From Erysipelotrichaceae bacterium (GTDB taxonomy: Bacteria > Bacillota_I > Bacilli_A > Erysipelotrichales > Erysipelotrichaceae), in NCBI GenBank assembly GCA_963663995.1, contig OY760660.1, forward strand, positions 1,860,001-1,892,000: DNA of 32,000 bases. Direction: 5' to 3'. The notes under the pieces were generated by a model. The model saw only the letters and a program-made list of their open reading frames with translations, was not told the origin of the DNA and did not search any database. Below are positions 14,791 through 23,497 of the stretch, piece after piece (the first letter of the stretch is position 1; the number at the start of each line of letters is the position of its first letter). The position numbers and the translations under genes are program-made.

Positions 14791-16627
14791 AGCTTCTAAG
14801 GCTTTTGGCGGAGACAGTATCTTTTCAAATATTAATTTTGAAGTAAAACCGAACGAAAAAATAGCTATTATAGGACGTAATGGATGTGGTAAAACTACAT
14901 TAATGAAAATACTTGCGTCTGAATTAGATATGGATAAAGGGGATTTATTTAAACCTCGTGATTATCAGGTTGGATATTTGTCACAATCCAATATTCCTCA
15001 AGAAGATGAAAAAGTACAAGATTATTTAGAGAAGATCTATCTTGATCTTTTCGAAATGGAAAAACAATTAGAAACATTAGCACATAATTTAAAAAATGAT
15101 AGTTCAGAAGAACGTTTAAACGCCTATGCTAATCTACAACATCGTTTTGAAGAAAATGGGGGTTATACTTATAAGTCTGAAATGATGACGGTATTTACCC
15201 AATTTGGTTTTACTGAAGAAGATTTATCCCGTTCACTTCATACATTTTCAGGTGGTCAAAAGACTAGAATTGCCTTTGTCCGACTTTTATTAAGTAAACC
15301 AGATGTACTGTTGTTGGATGAACCCACCAATCATTTGGATATGAGAACGATAGAATGGTTAGAGTCTTATCTTAAGAATTACCCTAAAGCTTTAGTGTTA
15401 GTTTCCCATGATCGAATGTTTATTGATCGTGTTGCGAAAGTCATCATTGAAATGGATGATGGTGAACTAACGAGATATCCAGGGAACTATAGTCACTATC
15501 TTGAACAAAAAGCATTGGATTTAGAAAAACAAGCTAGTGCTTATGCTCGACAACAAAAAGATATTCAAAGATTAGAAGGTTTAATTGAGAAATTTAGATA
15601 TAAGAAAAATAAAGCTAAATTTGCTCAATCAAAAATTAAATACTTAGATCGTATGGATCGTATTGAACCAGTAAAAAAAGATAAACGCAGTTTTCATGGT
15701 GAATTTCATGCGAGATTACGTGGTGGTAAACAAGTTTTGTTATGTAAGGATTATACAGTTGGTTATGATCAAGCTTTAGTCAGTGTAAACTTAGAACTTT
15801 TAAGAAACAATCATACAGCAATTATTGGCCCAAATGGACATGGGAAATCTACTTTTTTAAAAACATTGATAGGTAAATTGAAACCTTTATCAGGTGAAGT
15901 CCTTTGGGGACATCAAATAGAAATTGGATATTTTGATCAAGAACAAGTTGAATACACAAGTGAAAACACAGTGCTTGAAGACTTGTGGGATGAGTACCCA
16001 GATTTAACACAAACAGAAGTAAGAACCGTATTAGGGTCATTCTTGTTTAGTGCTGATGAAGTCTTTAAAGATGTTCGCGTACTATCTGGTGGTGAGAAAG
16101 TACGTTTGGCTTTAGCTAAATTAATGTTAAAGGAAGCTAACCTTCTTATTTTAGATGAACCAACCAATCATTTAGATATTCCAGCTAAGGAAGCATTGGA
16201 AAAATCATTGTCAAATTATGAGGGAACAATACTCTTTGTCTCTCATGATCGTTACTTTATTCAGAAAATGGCAAAAGCTGTTTTAAATATTGAAGATGGA
16301 ATTGCCGCATATTATCCTTTAAGTTTTGAAGAAATTATTCAACAACAGGAAACAATTGTTGAAGAAAAAGAAACTGTAATCAACCCTAGAGAAACAAGTA
16401 AACAATCAAAATCGCGTTTAGAAAAACAACTTAAAAAAGTGGAAGAATCAATCACTTTGAAAGAAGAAGAATTAGAAGATTATCGCGAATTAAGATATGA
16501 TCCAGACTACTATCACAATCATGAAAAGATGAAAGAACTTGATGCTCAAATTGATGAAATCCATAACGAGATTGCGGCACTTATGAAGGATTGGGAAATC
16601 ATTCATGAAAGTTTGGAAGACTTATAA
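14771..16627 (+). CDS. ABC-F family ATPase (two ABC domains, no TM domain; YdiF/Uup-like)
   Basis: 618 aa. Two Walker A motifs (GRNGCGKTT, GPNGHGKST), two signatures (FSGGQKTR, LSGGEKVR) and two Walker B motifs (LLLDEPTNHLD, LILDEPTNHLD), with a charged linker and a C-terminal coiled coil. Overlaps the upstream gene by 20 nt. Confidence 0.9.
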   Translation: MSLQLVKASKAFGGDSIFSNINFEVKPNEKIAIIGRNGCGKTTLMKILASELDMDKGDLFKPRDYQVGYLSQSNIPQEDEKVQDYLEKIYLDLFEMEKQLETLAHNLKNDSSEERLNAYANLQHRFEENGGYTYKSEMMTVFTQFGFTEEDLSRSLHTFSGGQKTRIAFVRLLLSKPDVLLLDEPTNHLDMRTIEWLESYLKNYPKALVLVSHDRMFIDRVAKVIIEMDDGELTRYPGNYSHYLEQKALDLEKQASAYARQQKDIQRLEGLIEKFRYKKNKAKFAQSKIKYLDRMDRIEPVKKDKRSFHGEFHARLRGGKQVLLCKDYTVGYDQALVSVNLELLRNNHTAIIGPNGHGKSTFLKTLIGKLKPLSGEVLWGHQIEIGYFDQEQVEYTSENTVLEDLWDEYPDLTQTEVRTVLGSFLFSADEVFKDVRVLSGGEKVRLALAKLMLKEANLLILDEPTNHLDIPAKEALEKSLSNYEGTILFVSHDRYFIQKMAKAVLNIEDGIAAYYPLSFEEIIQQQETIVEEKETVINPRETSKQSKSRLEKQLKKVEESITLKEEELEDYRELRYDPDYYHNHEKMKELDAQIDEIHNEIAALMKDWEIIHESLEDL

Positions 16628-16695
16628 ACTAATTATGAGAGAACTATTTCATATCATAAAAAAATATAGTTGTATATTGAGAAAATATTGATAAT

Positions 16696-16729
16696 AAAAA
16701 ATGGTTCTTTTACTAAGGACCATTTTTAT
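16696..16729. terminator. Bidirectional rho-independent terminator between convergent genes
   Basis: AATGGTTC (16700-16707) pairs with GGACCATT (16717-16724). The stem is flanked by an A-run upstream and a T-run downstream. Confidence 0.75.
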
Positions 16730-16737
16730 ATCTATAT

Positions 16738-17121
16738 CTATCTATATATATAAATTATGTTAAGAATTATACCTTCAACTATGGTTATTAAACTAAAATA
16801 GTAAAATTGATGACTTGGTGCTTTTCTACGTTCATTTTTGTGTTGTATATAATCATACATTGAAGCGTAGTGTTCTTTTTCGCTGCTTTCTAAGGTTAAA
16901 TATTTATTAGATAAGACTAAATAAGTCTTCTTGAATGTGTATCCAAAAACATCAAAATAACCAAAGTGTTCGAGGAATATAAATCCACTTATTAAAAGGC
17001 TAATAATGCTCACAACACCAATACCATCTGCAAATGCAAGTAGTTTGTTACTTTGTGTAAATATATAAATTAGAGATCCTAAATTAGTGATTGCAATTCC
17101 AATGTAAACTTTTCGCTTCAT
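16738..17121 (-). CDS. Small membrane protein (3 predicted TM helices; DUF3899-like by eye)
   Basis: 127 aa. Hydrophobic segments IGIAITNLGSLIYIF, GVVSIISLLISGFIFL and FYYFSLITIVEGIILNIIYI. Central GYFDVFGYTFKK motif. This is the only - strand gene. Confidence 0.65.
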   Translation of the reverse strand: MKRKVYIGIAITNLGSLIYIFTQSNKLLAFADGIGVVSIISLLISGFIFLEHFGYFDVFGYTFKKTYLVLSNKYLTLESSEKEHYASMYDYIQHKNERRKAPSHQFYYFSLITIVEGIILNIIYIYR

Positions 17122-17160
17122 ATGAGAATATTATACACTTTTACTTCACTAAATTTGAGT

Positions 17161-17220
17161 TTTATACACCTAGTCTGGATTTCACATAGTTTTATACACC
17201 TAGTCTGGATTTCACATAGT
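17161..17220. repeat. Perfect 2 x 30-bp tandem direct repeat
   Basis: TTTATACACCTAGTCTGGATTTCACATAGT occurs at 17161-17190 and again at 17191-17220. AGTTT microhomology is present at all junctions. Confidence 0.98.
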
Positions 17221-17243
17221 TTTCACAAAGTGATGTAAATCCA

Positions 17244-17271
17244 TTGACTTTGAATTTCTGCTTGTTATAAT
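17244..17271 (+). promoter_or_regulatory. opp operon promoter
   Basis: TTGACT (17244-17249), 16-nt spacer, TGtTATAAT (TG 17263-17264, hexamer 17266-17271). Lies about 40 nt upstream of the oppA ATG with SD AAGGGAGAG. Confidence 0.65.
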
Positions 17272-17310
17272 TTTTAGTATATACACATTTTTGTGTAGAA
17301 GGGAGAGTAT

Positions 17311-18969
17311 ATGAAGACTCTATTTAAAATTTTTGTAGTGTCGCTAATTGCTTCAATGGCTCTTGTTGGTTGTTCTTCAAGTGAACCTGAACTCGAACTT
17401 GGTGCTGTCATCAATATGTTCGAAGCTGAAGATATTCCATCATTAGATCCAAGCAATGCGACTGACACAGTTTCCTTCAATTCACTTGGTAACGTAATGG
17501 AAGGTCTTGTTATGCAAGGACCTGTTGCTGGTGAAATGGTTCCTGGTGTTGCAACTGACTGGTCATTTGACGAAGCTAGTTTAACTTGGACATTCAATTT
17601 GAATCCAGAAGCTATGTGGGTTAATAGTGCTGGTGAAGAACAACGCGCAGTTACAGCTGGTGACTTTGTTTATTCATGGGACCGTGTTACAGCTGGTGAC
17701 ACATTCCAATATGCATTTATGATTACTGATGTTGCTAAAATCGTTAGCTACGAAGCTGTTGATGATACAACATTAACAGTAACATTAGCTGAAAATGTTC
17801 CTTATTTCTTGAACGTTATGGCTTTTGCTACAACTTACCCAATTCCTGCTGAAGCTGTTGAAGCTGCAGGTGATGCTTTCGGTACAACTGCTGAAGGTAT
17901 GTGGTACAACGGTCCTTTCTATATGTCAGAATGGACACATGGTTCACAATTTATTTGGACTAAAAACGAAGCTTACTGGGATGCAGACGTAGTTCGTACA
18001 CCTGCAGTTACTTGGAGAGTTATCGAAGGTTACGAAGTTGCAACTGGTATCGAACTTTATGATGCTGGTGAAATTGACCGTGTTGGTCTTTCAGGCGAAT
18101 TCGTTACACAACGTAAAGATGATTCTGATGCTGTTTTAGTTCCTGATACTGCTGTATTCTACTTAATGTTCAATATGGCTAGTGCTGGTATCGTTGATGG
18201 AGCTCCATTAATCGATGAAACTGCTGGTAACCCATTATTTGACAACCTAAAAATTCGTCAAGCAATTGCTTATCAAATCGAAAAATCTTATATTACTGAT
18301 GAAATCTTGAAAAATGGATCCGTTCCTGCTTACAGTTTCGTTCCTGCTAACTACCTATCATACGATGGTGTTGCATTCGAATCTGAACGTGGTGAAGGTT
18401 ACATGTTAACAGATAAAGATATGGCTGCTACATTATTTGCTGAAGGTATGACAGAACTCGGTTATGCTCCTGGTGATAATGCTTTAACAGTTGATATTCT
18501 AAACTACGAATCAGCAACTGCTGGTTTAATCATTGAATATGTTAAACAAGAATTAGATGGTTTATTTGCTGACTATGGTATTACTGTAAATGTTACAACT
18601 TTACCATTCTCTGAAAAATTAACTAAATCTGAAGAAGGTGAATACGAAATCACATTCTCAGGTTGGGGACCAGACTATGATTGGCCTACAACTTACTTAG
18701 ACATGTGGGTAACCACAGGTGCTTATAATGAAGTTGGTTACTCAAATGCTGAATATGATGCATTAGTTTCTGCTTCTGGTAAAACTGTAGCTGAAGCATT
18801 TGCTGATCTACAAAAAGCTGAAGGCATCCTCTTAAATGACGTTGCAATCTTGCCTATTTACCAACGTGCTGGTATTTCTCTACATAACCCTGCTGTTAAA
18901 GATGTTTACTTCTACTTAAGTGGATATGATTCATCATACAAATGGGCTTATAAAGAAGCCGCTGAATAA
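17311..18969 (+). CDS. oppA: Oligopeptide ABC transporter substrate-binding lipoprotein (SBP family 5)
   Basis: 552 aa. Signal peptide with lipobox LVGC (Cys21). Family-5 SBP size and motifs (LDPS, WTFNL, GWGPDY). First gene of the oppBCDF cluster. Confidence 0.88.
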   Translation: MKTLFKIFVVSLIASMALVGCSSSEPELELGAVINMFEAEDIPSLDPSNATDTVSFNSLGNVMEGLVMQGPVAGEMVPGVATDWSFDEASLTWTFNLNPEAMWVNSAGEEQRAVTAGDFVYSWDRVTAGDTFQYAFMITDVAKIVSYEAVDDTTLTVTLAENVPYFLNVMAFATTYPIPAEAVEAAGDAFGTTAEGMWYNGPFYMSEWTHGSQFIWTKNEAYWDADVVRTPAVTWRVIEGYEVATGIELYDAGEIDRVGLSGEFVTQRKDDSDAVLVPDTAVFYLMFNMASAGIVDGAPLIDETAGNPLFDNLKIRQAIAYQIEKSYITDEILKNGSVPAYSFVPANYLSYDGVAFESERGEGYMLTDKDMAATLFAEGMTELGYAPGDNALTVDILNYESATAGLIIEYVKQELDGLFADYGITVNVTTLPFSEKLTKSEEGEYEITFSGWGPDYDWPTTYLDMWVTTGAYNEVGYSNAEYDALVSASGKTVAEAFADLQKAEGILLNDVAILPIYQRAGISLHNPAVKDVYFYLSGYDSSYKWAYKEAAE

Positions 18970-18997
18970 TATTTATTCAGTAAATAGCTAAATTTAA

Positions 18998-19026
18998 GGG
19001 AATCTGATTAGTCGGATTCCCTTTTC
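18998..19026 (+). terminator. Intra-operon terminator/attenuator after oppA
   Basis: GGGAATCTGA (18998-19007) pairs with TCGGATTCCC (19012-19021) with one G-U pair, followed by TTTTC. Confidence 0.7.
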
Positions 19027-19068
19027 TAAACTTGGTACATTTTTACAGGTTTTGACGCATACAAATTT

Positions 19069-19097
19069 TAGATAATTTGTGAATTTTAATGTATAAT
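19069..19097 (+). promoter_or_regulatory. Candidate internal promoter for oppBCDF
   Basis: TAGATA, 17 nt, TATAAT (19092-19097). TTGTGAA (19077-19083) lies in the spacer. Confidence 0.35.
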
Positions 19098-19162
19098 AGA
19101 AAAGCAAAACTGAAATTTAAGATTTTATGCTTGTTTATGTATTGTGATAGGAGGTCATATTA

Positions 19163-20125
19163 ATGACTCGATACGTTGCTAGACGTGTTCTCCAAATGGC
19201 TTTAACATTGTTCCTAATTATGACTGTGTTGTTTTTGCTTTTGAAGATTACACCAGGCTCCCCATTCTTGAATCCTAAGATTACACCTGAACTTAGGGCG
19301 ATGCTAGAAGCTAAGTATGGTTTAGATAAACCACTACTCACTCAGTATTTTTTATATGTGGGAAATTTATTAAAAGGTGATATGGGTACATCCATAATTA
19401 TGATTAAAAACTACCCAGTATGGGATATGGTTTCAGGACCATTACAAATTACAATTCGATTAGGTTTAATCGCATTATTTTATGGTTCAATCGTCGGTAT
19501 TTTATTAGGTGCGATTGCGGCGTTGAATCGCAACCATTTCTGGGATCATTTTAATACAATTATTGCTGTATTAGGTGTTTCTGTCCCTTCCTTTGTTATT
19601 GCGATGATACTTTTAATGATTCGCCGTAACTTTCCTTTCATTCCGGTTGTTTTCACGCCTGCGAATCCTTCTTTAGGGGTTTCAATTTGGGATGAAATCA
19701 TCTCAATGACTCTACCAATTTTAGCGTTGTCATTTGCGGTAATCGCAAGTATTGCGCGTTATACAAGAACGGAACTTGTTGAAGTTTATAACTCAGATTT
19801 TATCCTTCTAGCTCGTGCTAAAGGTTTAAATAAAAGACAAGTATTTACAAAACATGCTTTTAGAAATGCATTAATTCCAATTGTTACGATTATGGGACCA
19901 ATGATGGTTGCTCTAATTACCGGTTCTACGGTTGTTGAACGTTTCTTTGGGGTTCCTGGACTTGCTCAAATGGCTATTAAATCAATTAATGTTAAAGATA
20001 CATTTGTAACTTTAGGAACAGAACTTTTATATAGTGCTATGTTTATTTTCACAATGCTAGTTATCGATATTGCTTATGGTATTATTGATCCTCGTATTCG
20101 TTTAGTGGGAGGTAAAAAAGAATGA
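19163..20125 (+). CDS. oppB: Oligopeptide ABC transporter permease
   Basis: 320 aa. Multi-TM protein with the N-terminal pattern RRVLQMALTLF typical of OppB/DppB. EAA-loop-like region (ILLARAKGLNKRQVFTKHAFRNALIP). Confidence 0.9.
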   Translation: MTRYVARRVLQMALTLFLIMTVLFLLLKITPGSPFLNPKITPELRAMLEAKYGLDKPLLTQYFLYVGNLLKGDMGTSIIMIKNYPVWDMVSGPLQITIRLGLIALFYGSIVGILLGAIAALNRNHFWDHFNTIIAVLGVSVPSFVIAMILLMIRRNFPFIPVVFTPANPSLGVSIWDEIISMTLPILALSFAVIASIARYTRTELVEVYNSDFILLARAKGLNKRQVFTKHAFRNALIPIVTIMGPMMVALITGSTVVERFFGVPGLAQMAIKSINVKDTFVTLGTELLYSAMFIFTMLVIDIAYGIIDPRIRLVGGKKE

Positions 20126-21279
20126 GTCCACAAGAAAAATTGACTCCAGAACAATTAGATAATCTCCCGAAAGATTTATTTGAGTTTTACCAAAATCAAG
20201 AAGATGCAGAAGGGATTACGACTAAACCTATCTCATTCTGGAAAGACGCAATGCGTCGTTTAATGAAGAATAAAATTGCAGTTGTATCCTTATTTTTTAT
20301 TGGTTTATTACTATCAATGTCAATTGTCATGCCAGAAGTATCTGAATATGACTTAGTTGGTCGTGTTAATGAAGATTTAACCATCTATGCTCAACTTCCC
20401 CCACGTATTCCTTTTTTAGAAAAACTTGGCATATTTGATGGAACATTAAATGTTGAAATCAATGTTAAAACATTACCTGAATTAGGTTTAGAAGAAGACG
20501 AATATAAAATCACAGGAACCTTTGATAGAAAAGGTAATACCTATGTTGAAGTTAAAGAATATACATATAAGATTTTAGATATTGAAGATGAATACTATTA
20601 CTTCGGAACAGATATCTTAGCTAGAGATATTTGGACACGTGTATGGTATGGCGCAAGAATTTCATTATTGATTGGTATCTATGCGATGTTAATCGATATT
20701 CTAATTGGTGTGTTATATGGTGGTATTGCTGGTTTCTTTGGTGGAACCATTGTGGATGACATCATGATGCGTATCTTGGAAATACTTTACGGTATTCCAT
20801 CAATTGTTATTCTATTTATCCTCTTTATGTTTATTAAACCTGGTATTGTTCCAATTGCAATTGCGATTGCCTTAACCGGATGGATCTCTGTTGCGCGTAT
20901 GGTTCGTGCACAATTCTTAAGATTAAGAGACCAAGAATTCGTTTTGGCAGCTCGTACATTGGGTGCGTCAAGTTCACGTATTATTTTTAAACACTTAGTC
21001 CCAAACGTTGTTGCACAAATTGTCATTATGGCTTCTTTCTCTATTCCAAGTGCGATTTTCTATGAAGCTTTCTTGGCGTTCATTGGTATTGGTTTGGATA
21101 TTACTCGTCCATCCTTAGGGGTTTTAATTAACAATGCCTTACCAACAACCTACGGAGCAATGACTTATGTTTATCAACTCGTTATTCCAAGTTTAATTCT
21201 TTCATTATTAATGTTATCCATTAACCTTCTCGGTAATGGTTTACGTGATGCTTTAGACCCACGTATGCGTAACAATTAG
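20122..21279 (+). CDS. oppC: Oligopeptide ABC transporter permease (long extracytoplasmic loop after TM1)
   Basis: 385 aa. OppC/DppC pattern (FWKDAMRRLMKNK, LGTDILARDIWTRVWYGARISL, EFVLAARTLGASSSRIIFKHLVPN). ATGA overlap with oppB. Confidence 0.9.
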   Translation: MSPQEKLTPEQLDNLPKDLFEFYQNQEDAEGITTKPISFWKDAMRRLMKNKIAVVSLFFIGLLLSMSIVMPEVSEYDLVGRVNEDLTIYAQLPPRIPFLEKLGIFDGTLNVEINVKTLPELGLEEDEYKITGTFDRKGNTYVEVKEYTYKILDIEDEYYYFGTDILARDIWTRVWYGARISLLIGIYAMLIDILIGVLYGGIAGFFGGTIVDDIMMRILEILYGIPSIVILFILFMFIKPGIVPIAIAIALTGWISVARMVRAQFLRLRDQEFVLAARTLGASSSRIIFKHLVPNVVAQIVIMASFSIPSAIFYEAFLAFIGIGLDITRPSLGVLINNALPTTYGAMTYVYQLVIPSLILSLLMLSINLLGNGLRDALDPRMRNN

Positions 21280-21291
21280 GAGGCTACAATT

Positions 21292-22329
21292 ATGTCTGAA
21301 ACTATTTTAAGTGTTAAAGACCTCACCGTTTCCTTCAAAACTGTTGCAGGAAAAGTACAAGCGGTTAGAGGCGTTACTTTCGATTTACACAAAGGTGAAA
21401 CCCTTGCGATTGTTGGGGAATCAGGTTCTGGTAAGTCAGTTACTTCAAAAGCTATTATGGGCTTATTGAGTGAAAACTCAATTATTGAAGACGGAACAGT
21501 CATCTATAAAGATACTGATCTTCTAAAATTAAGTGAAAACCAAATATCAAAATATCGTGGTAAAGATATCGCGATGGTTTTCCAAGATCCAATGACGTCA
21601 CTCGATCCAGTAATGACGATTGGAAAGCAAATCACAGAATCTCTTATCAATAACCTACATATGAATAAAGAAGATGCACGTAAACGTGCAATCGAATTGA
21701 TTGATTTAGTTCGTATTGATAATCCGGAAAAACGTTTTAAACAATATCCACATCAATTCTCTGGTGGTATGCGTCAACGTATTGTTATTGCGATTGCATT
21801 ATCATGTAATCCAAACATCCTTATATGTGATGAGCCAACGACAGCACTCGATGTGACAACCCAAGCTGAAATCTTAGATTTAATCAAAGATTTACAACGT
21901 GATTTAGGTGTTTCTGTTATCTTTATTACCCATGACTTAGGTGTTGTTGCCAATATGTCTGATCGTGTTGCGGTTATGTATGCTGGTAAGATTGTTGAAA
22001 TCGGTACGGTTGATGATGTTTACTATGATCCTCGTCATCCATATACTTGGGGACTTTTAGGTTCTATTCCAGCATTCCAATCCAAAGACCATGAACTCTA
22101 TGCAATTCCTGGTGCACCTCCACAAATGATTAATCCGCCAACAGGGGATGCATTTGCTGCGCGTAATGAATGGAGTATGAAAGTTGATTTTGAATATCAA
22201 CCACCGCTTTTCCAAATTACAGATACCCATTTTGCGGCTACTTGGTTATTACATCCAAACGCTCCAAAACAAGGTCGTCCTGAATTACTACAAGAACGTA
22301 TTGAACAATTATTGAAAGGAGATTTGTAA
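21292..22329 (+). CDS. oppD: Oligopeptide ABC transporter ATP-binding protein
   Basis: 345 aa. Walker A GESGSGKS, signature FSGGMRQR, Walker B LICDEPTTALD, and the C-terminal oligopeptide-type extension (HPYTWGLL). Confidence 0.92.
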   Translation: MSETILSVKDLTVSFKTVAGKVQAVRGVTFDLHKGETLAIVGESGSGKSVTSKAIMGLLSENSIIEDGTVIYKDTDLLKLSENQISKYRGKDIAMVFQDPMTSLDPVMTIGKQITESLINNLHMNKEDARKRAIELIDLVRIDNPEKRFKQYPHQFSGGMRQRIVIAIALSCNPNILICDEPTTALDVTTQAEILDLIKDLQRDLGVSVIFITHDLGVVANMSDRVAVMYAGKIVEIGTVDDVYYDPRHPYTWGLLGSIPAFQSKDHELYAIPGAPPQMINPPTGDAFAARNEWSMKVDFEYQPPLFQITDTHFAATWLLHPNAPKQGRPELLQERIEQLLKGDL

Positions 22330-22330
22330 G

Positions 22331-23272
22331 ATGGAAAAACAAACTCTACTCTCCGTTAATAATTTAAAACAACATTTCAAACTAGATCGAAAAACAGTTG
22401 TAAAAGCTGTTGATGGTATTTCATTTGATATTTATGAGGGTGAAACCTTTGGTTTAGTTGGTGAATCAGGTAGTGGTAAAACTACGACTGGTCGTTCGAT
22501 TATTCGTTTATACGATATCACTGATGGTGAAGTAACTTTCCATGGTGATCGAGCATCAGGAAAACTAGAAAAAGAAACACGAGCTTATATTGCAAGAAAT
22601 ATGCAAATGATCTTCCAAGATCCAATGGCATGTTTAAATCCGCGTATGAATGTTCGTGACATCATTGCTGAAGGAATTGATATCCATAAATTAGCTAAAG
22701 ATAATAACGAACGTGATGAAATGGTATACACTATTTTAGAAAAAGTTGGTTTATCTCGTGAACATGCTGGACGTTATCCTCATGAATTCTCAGGTGGTCA
22801 ACGTCAACGTATTGGTATCGCACGTGCTTTAATTACTAATCCAAAATTAGTTATATGTGATGAACCTATTTCAGCGCTTGATGTATCTATCCAATCACAA
22901 GTTGTTAACTTACTAAAGAGTCTTCAAAAAGAACTTGGTTTGACCTATTTATTCATTGCCCACGATTTAAGTATGGTTCGCTATATTTCAGATCGTATTG
23001 CGGTTATGCATAAGGGTAAAATTGTTGAACTTGCTGCTGCAGAAGAACTCTACAATAATCCACTTCATCCATATACTAAATCATTGATGTCTGCAATCCC
23101 TACACCAGATCCTCGAAGTGAGAAAAACCGTTCTCGTTTCGCTTATGATCCAAGTTTACACGATTACAGTACTGATTTACCAAGTATGCATGAATTAAAA
23201 AACAATCATTTCATTTATTGTAATGAAGCGGAGTTTAAACAATACCAAAAGGATTTAAAGGGAGAGAAATAG
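22331..23272 (+). CDS. oppF: Oligopeptide ABC transporter ATP-binding protein
   Basis: 313 aa. Walker A GESGSGKTT, signature FSGGQRQR, Walker B VICDEPISALD, HPYTKSLM. Confidence 0.92.
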   Translation: MEKQTLLSVNNLKQHFKLDRKTVVKAVDGISFDIYEGETFGLVGESGSGKTTTGRSIIRLYDITDGEVTFHGDRASGKLEKETRAYIARNMQMIFQDPMACLNPRMNVRDIIAEGIDIHKLAKDNNERDEMVYTILEKVGLSREHAGRYPHEFSGGQRQRIGIARALITNPKLVICDEPISALDVSIQSQVVNLLKSLQKELGLTYLFIAHDLSMVRYISDRIAVMHKGKIVELAAAEELYNNPLHPYTKSLMSAIPTPDPRSEKNRSRFAYDPSLHDYSTDLPSMHELKNNHFIYCNEAEFKQYQKDLKGEK

Positions 23273-23285
23273 TCTCCCTTTTTCT
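23260..23285 (+). terminator. Rho-independent terminator of opp operon (overlaps oppF stop)
   Basis: GGGAGA (23260-23265) pairs with TCTCCC (23273-23278), followed by TTTTTCTTTT. The TAG stop lies in the loop. Confidence 0.75.
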
Positions 23286-23314
23286 TTTGGATAGAGTATA
23301 ATTAATAACGCAGT

Positions 23315-23403
23315 GGAGGAATACCCAAGTGGTTGAAGGGGTCGGTTTCGAAAACCGATAGGAGTGCAAGCTCGCGCGGGTTCAAATCCTGCTTCCTCCG
23401 CCA
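23315..23403 (+). tRNA. tRNA-Ser (anticodon CGA), genomically encoded CCA
   Basis: Hand-folded cloverleaf. Acceptor stem GGAGGAA/TTCCTCC. Anticodon arm TCGGT-TTCGAAA-ACCGA gives CGA. Long variable arm. T arm GCGGG-TTCAAAT-CCTGC. Ends GCCA. Confidence 0.9.
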
Positions 23404-23419
23404 TTTCTTTAATAAAGAC

Positions 23420-23441
23420 AAACACGGTGACGTGTTTTTTT
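23420..23441 (+). terminator. Rho-independent terminator after tRNA-Ser
   Basis: AAACACG-GTGA-CGTGTTT hairpin followed by TTTTT. Confidence 0.8.
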
Positions 23442-23497
23442 ATGTGAATAAAAATTATAATGTCACAAAGTGAAAAAAGACTAAAAATTTCTTGTGA

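Noticed and set aside
17161-17220. Whether the 30-bp repeats are a minimal CRISPR array or an IS/MITE end
   Set aside because: The copies are directly adjacent with no spacer. There are only two of them, with no terminal inverted repeats, no target-site duplication pattern, and no cas or transposase genes in the window.
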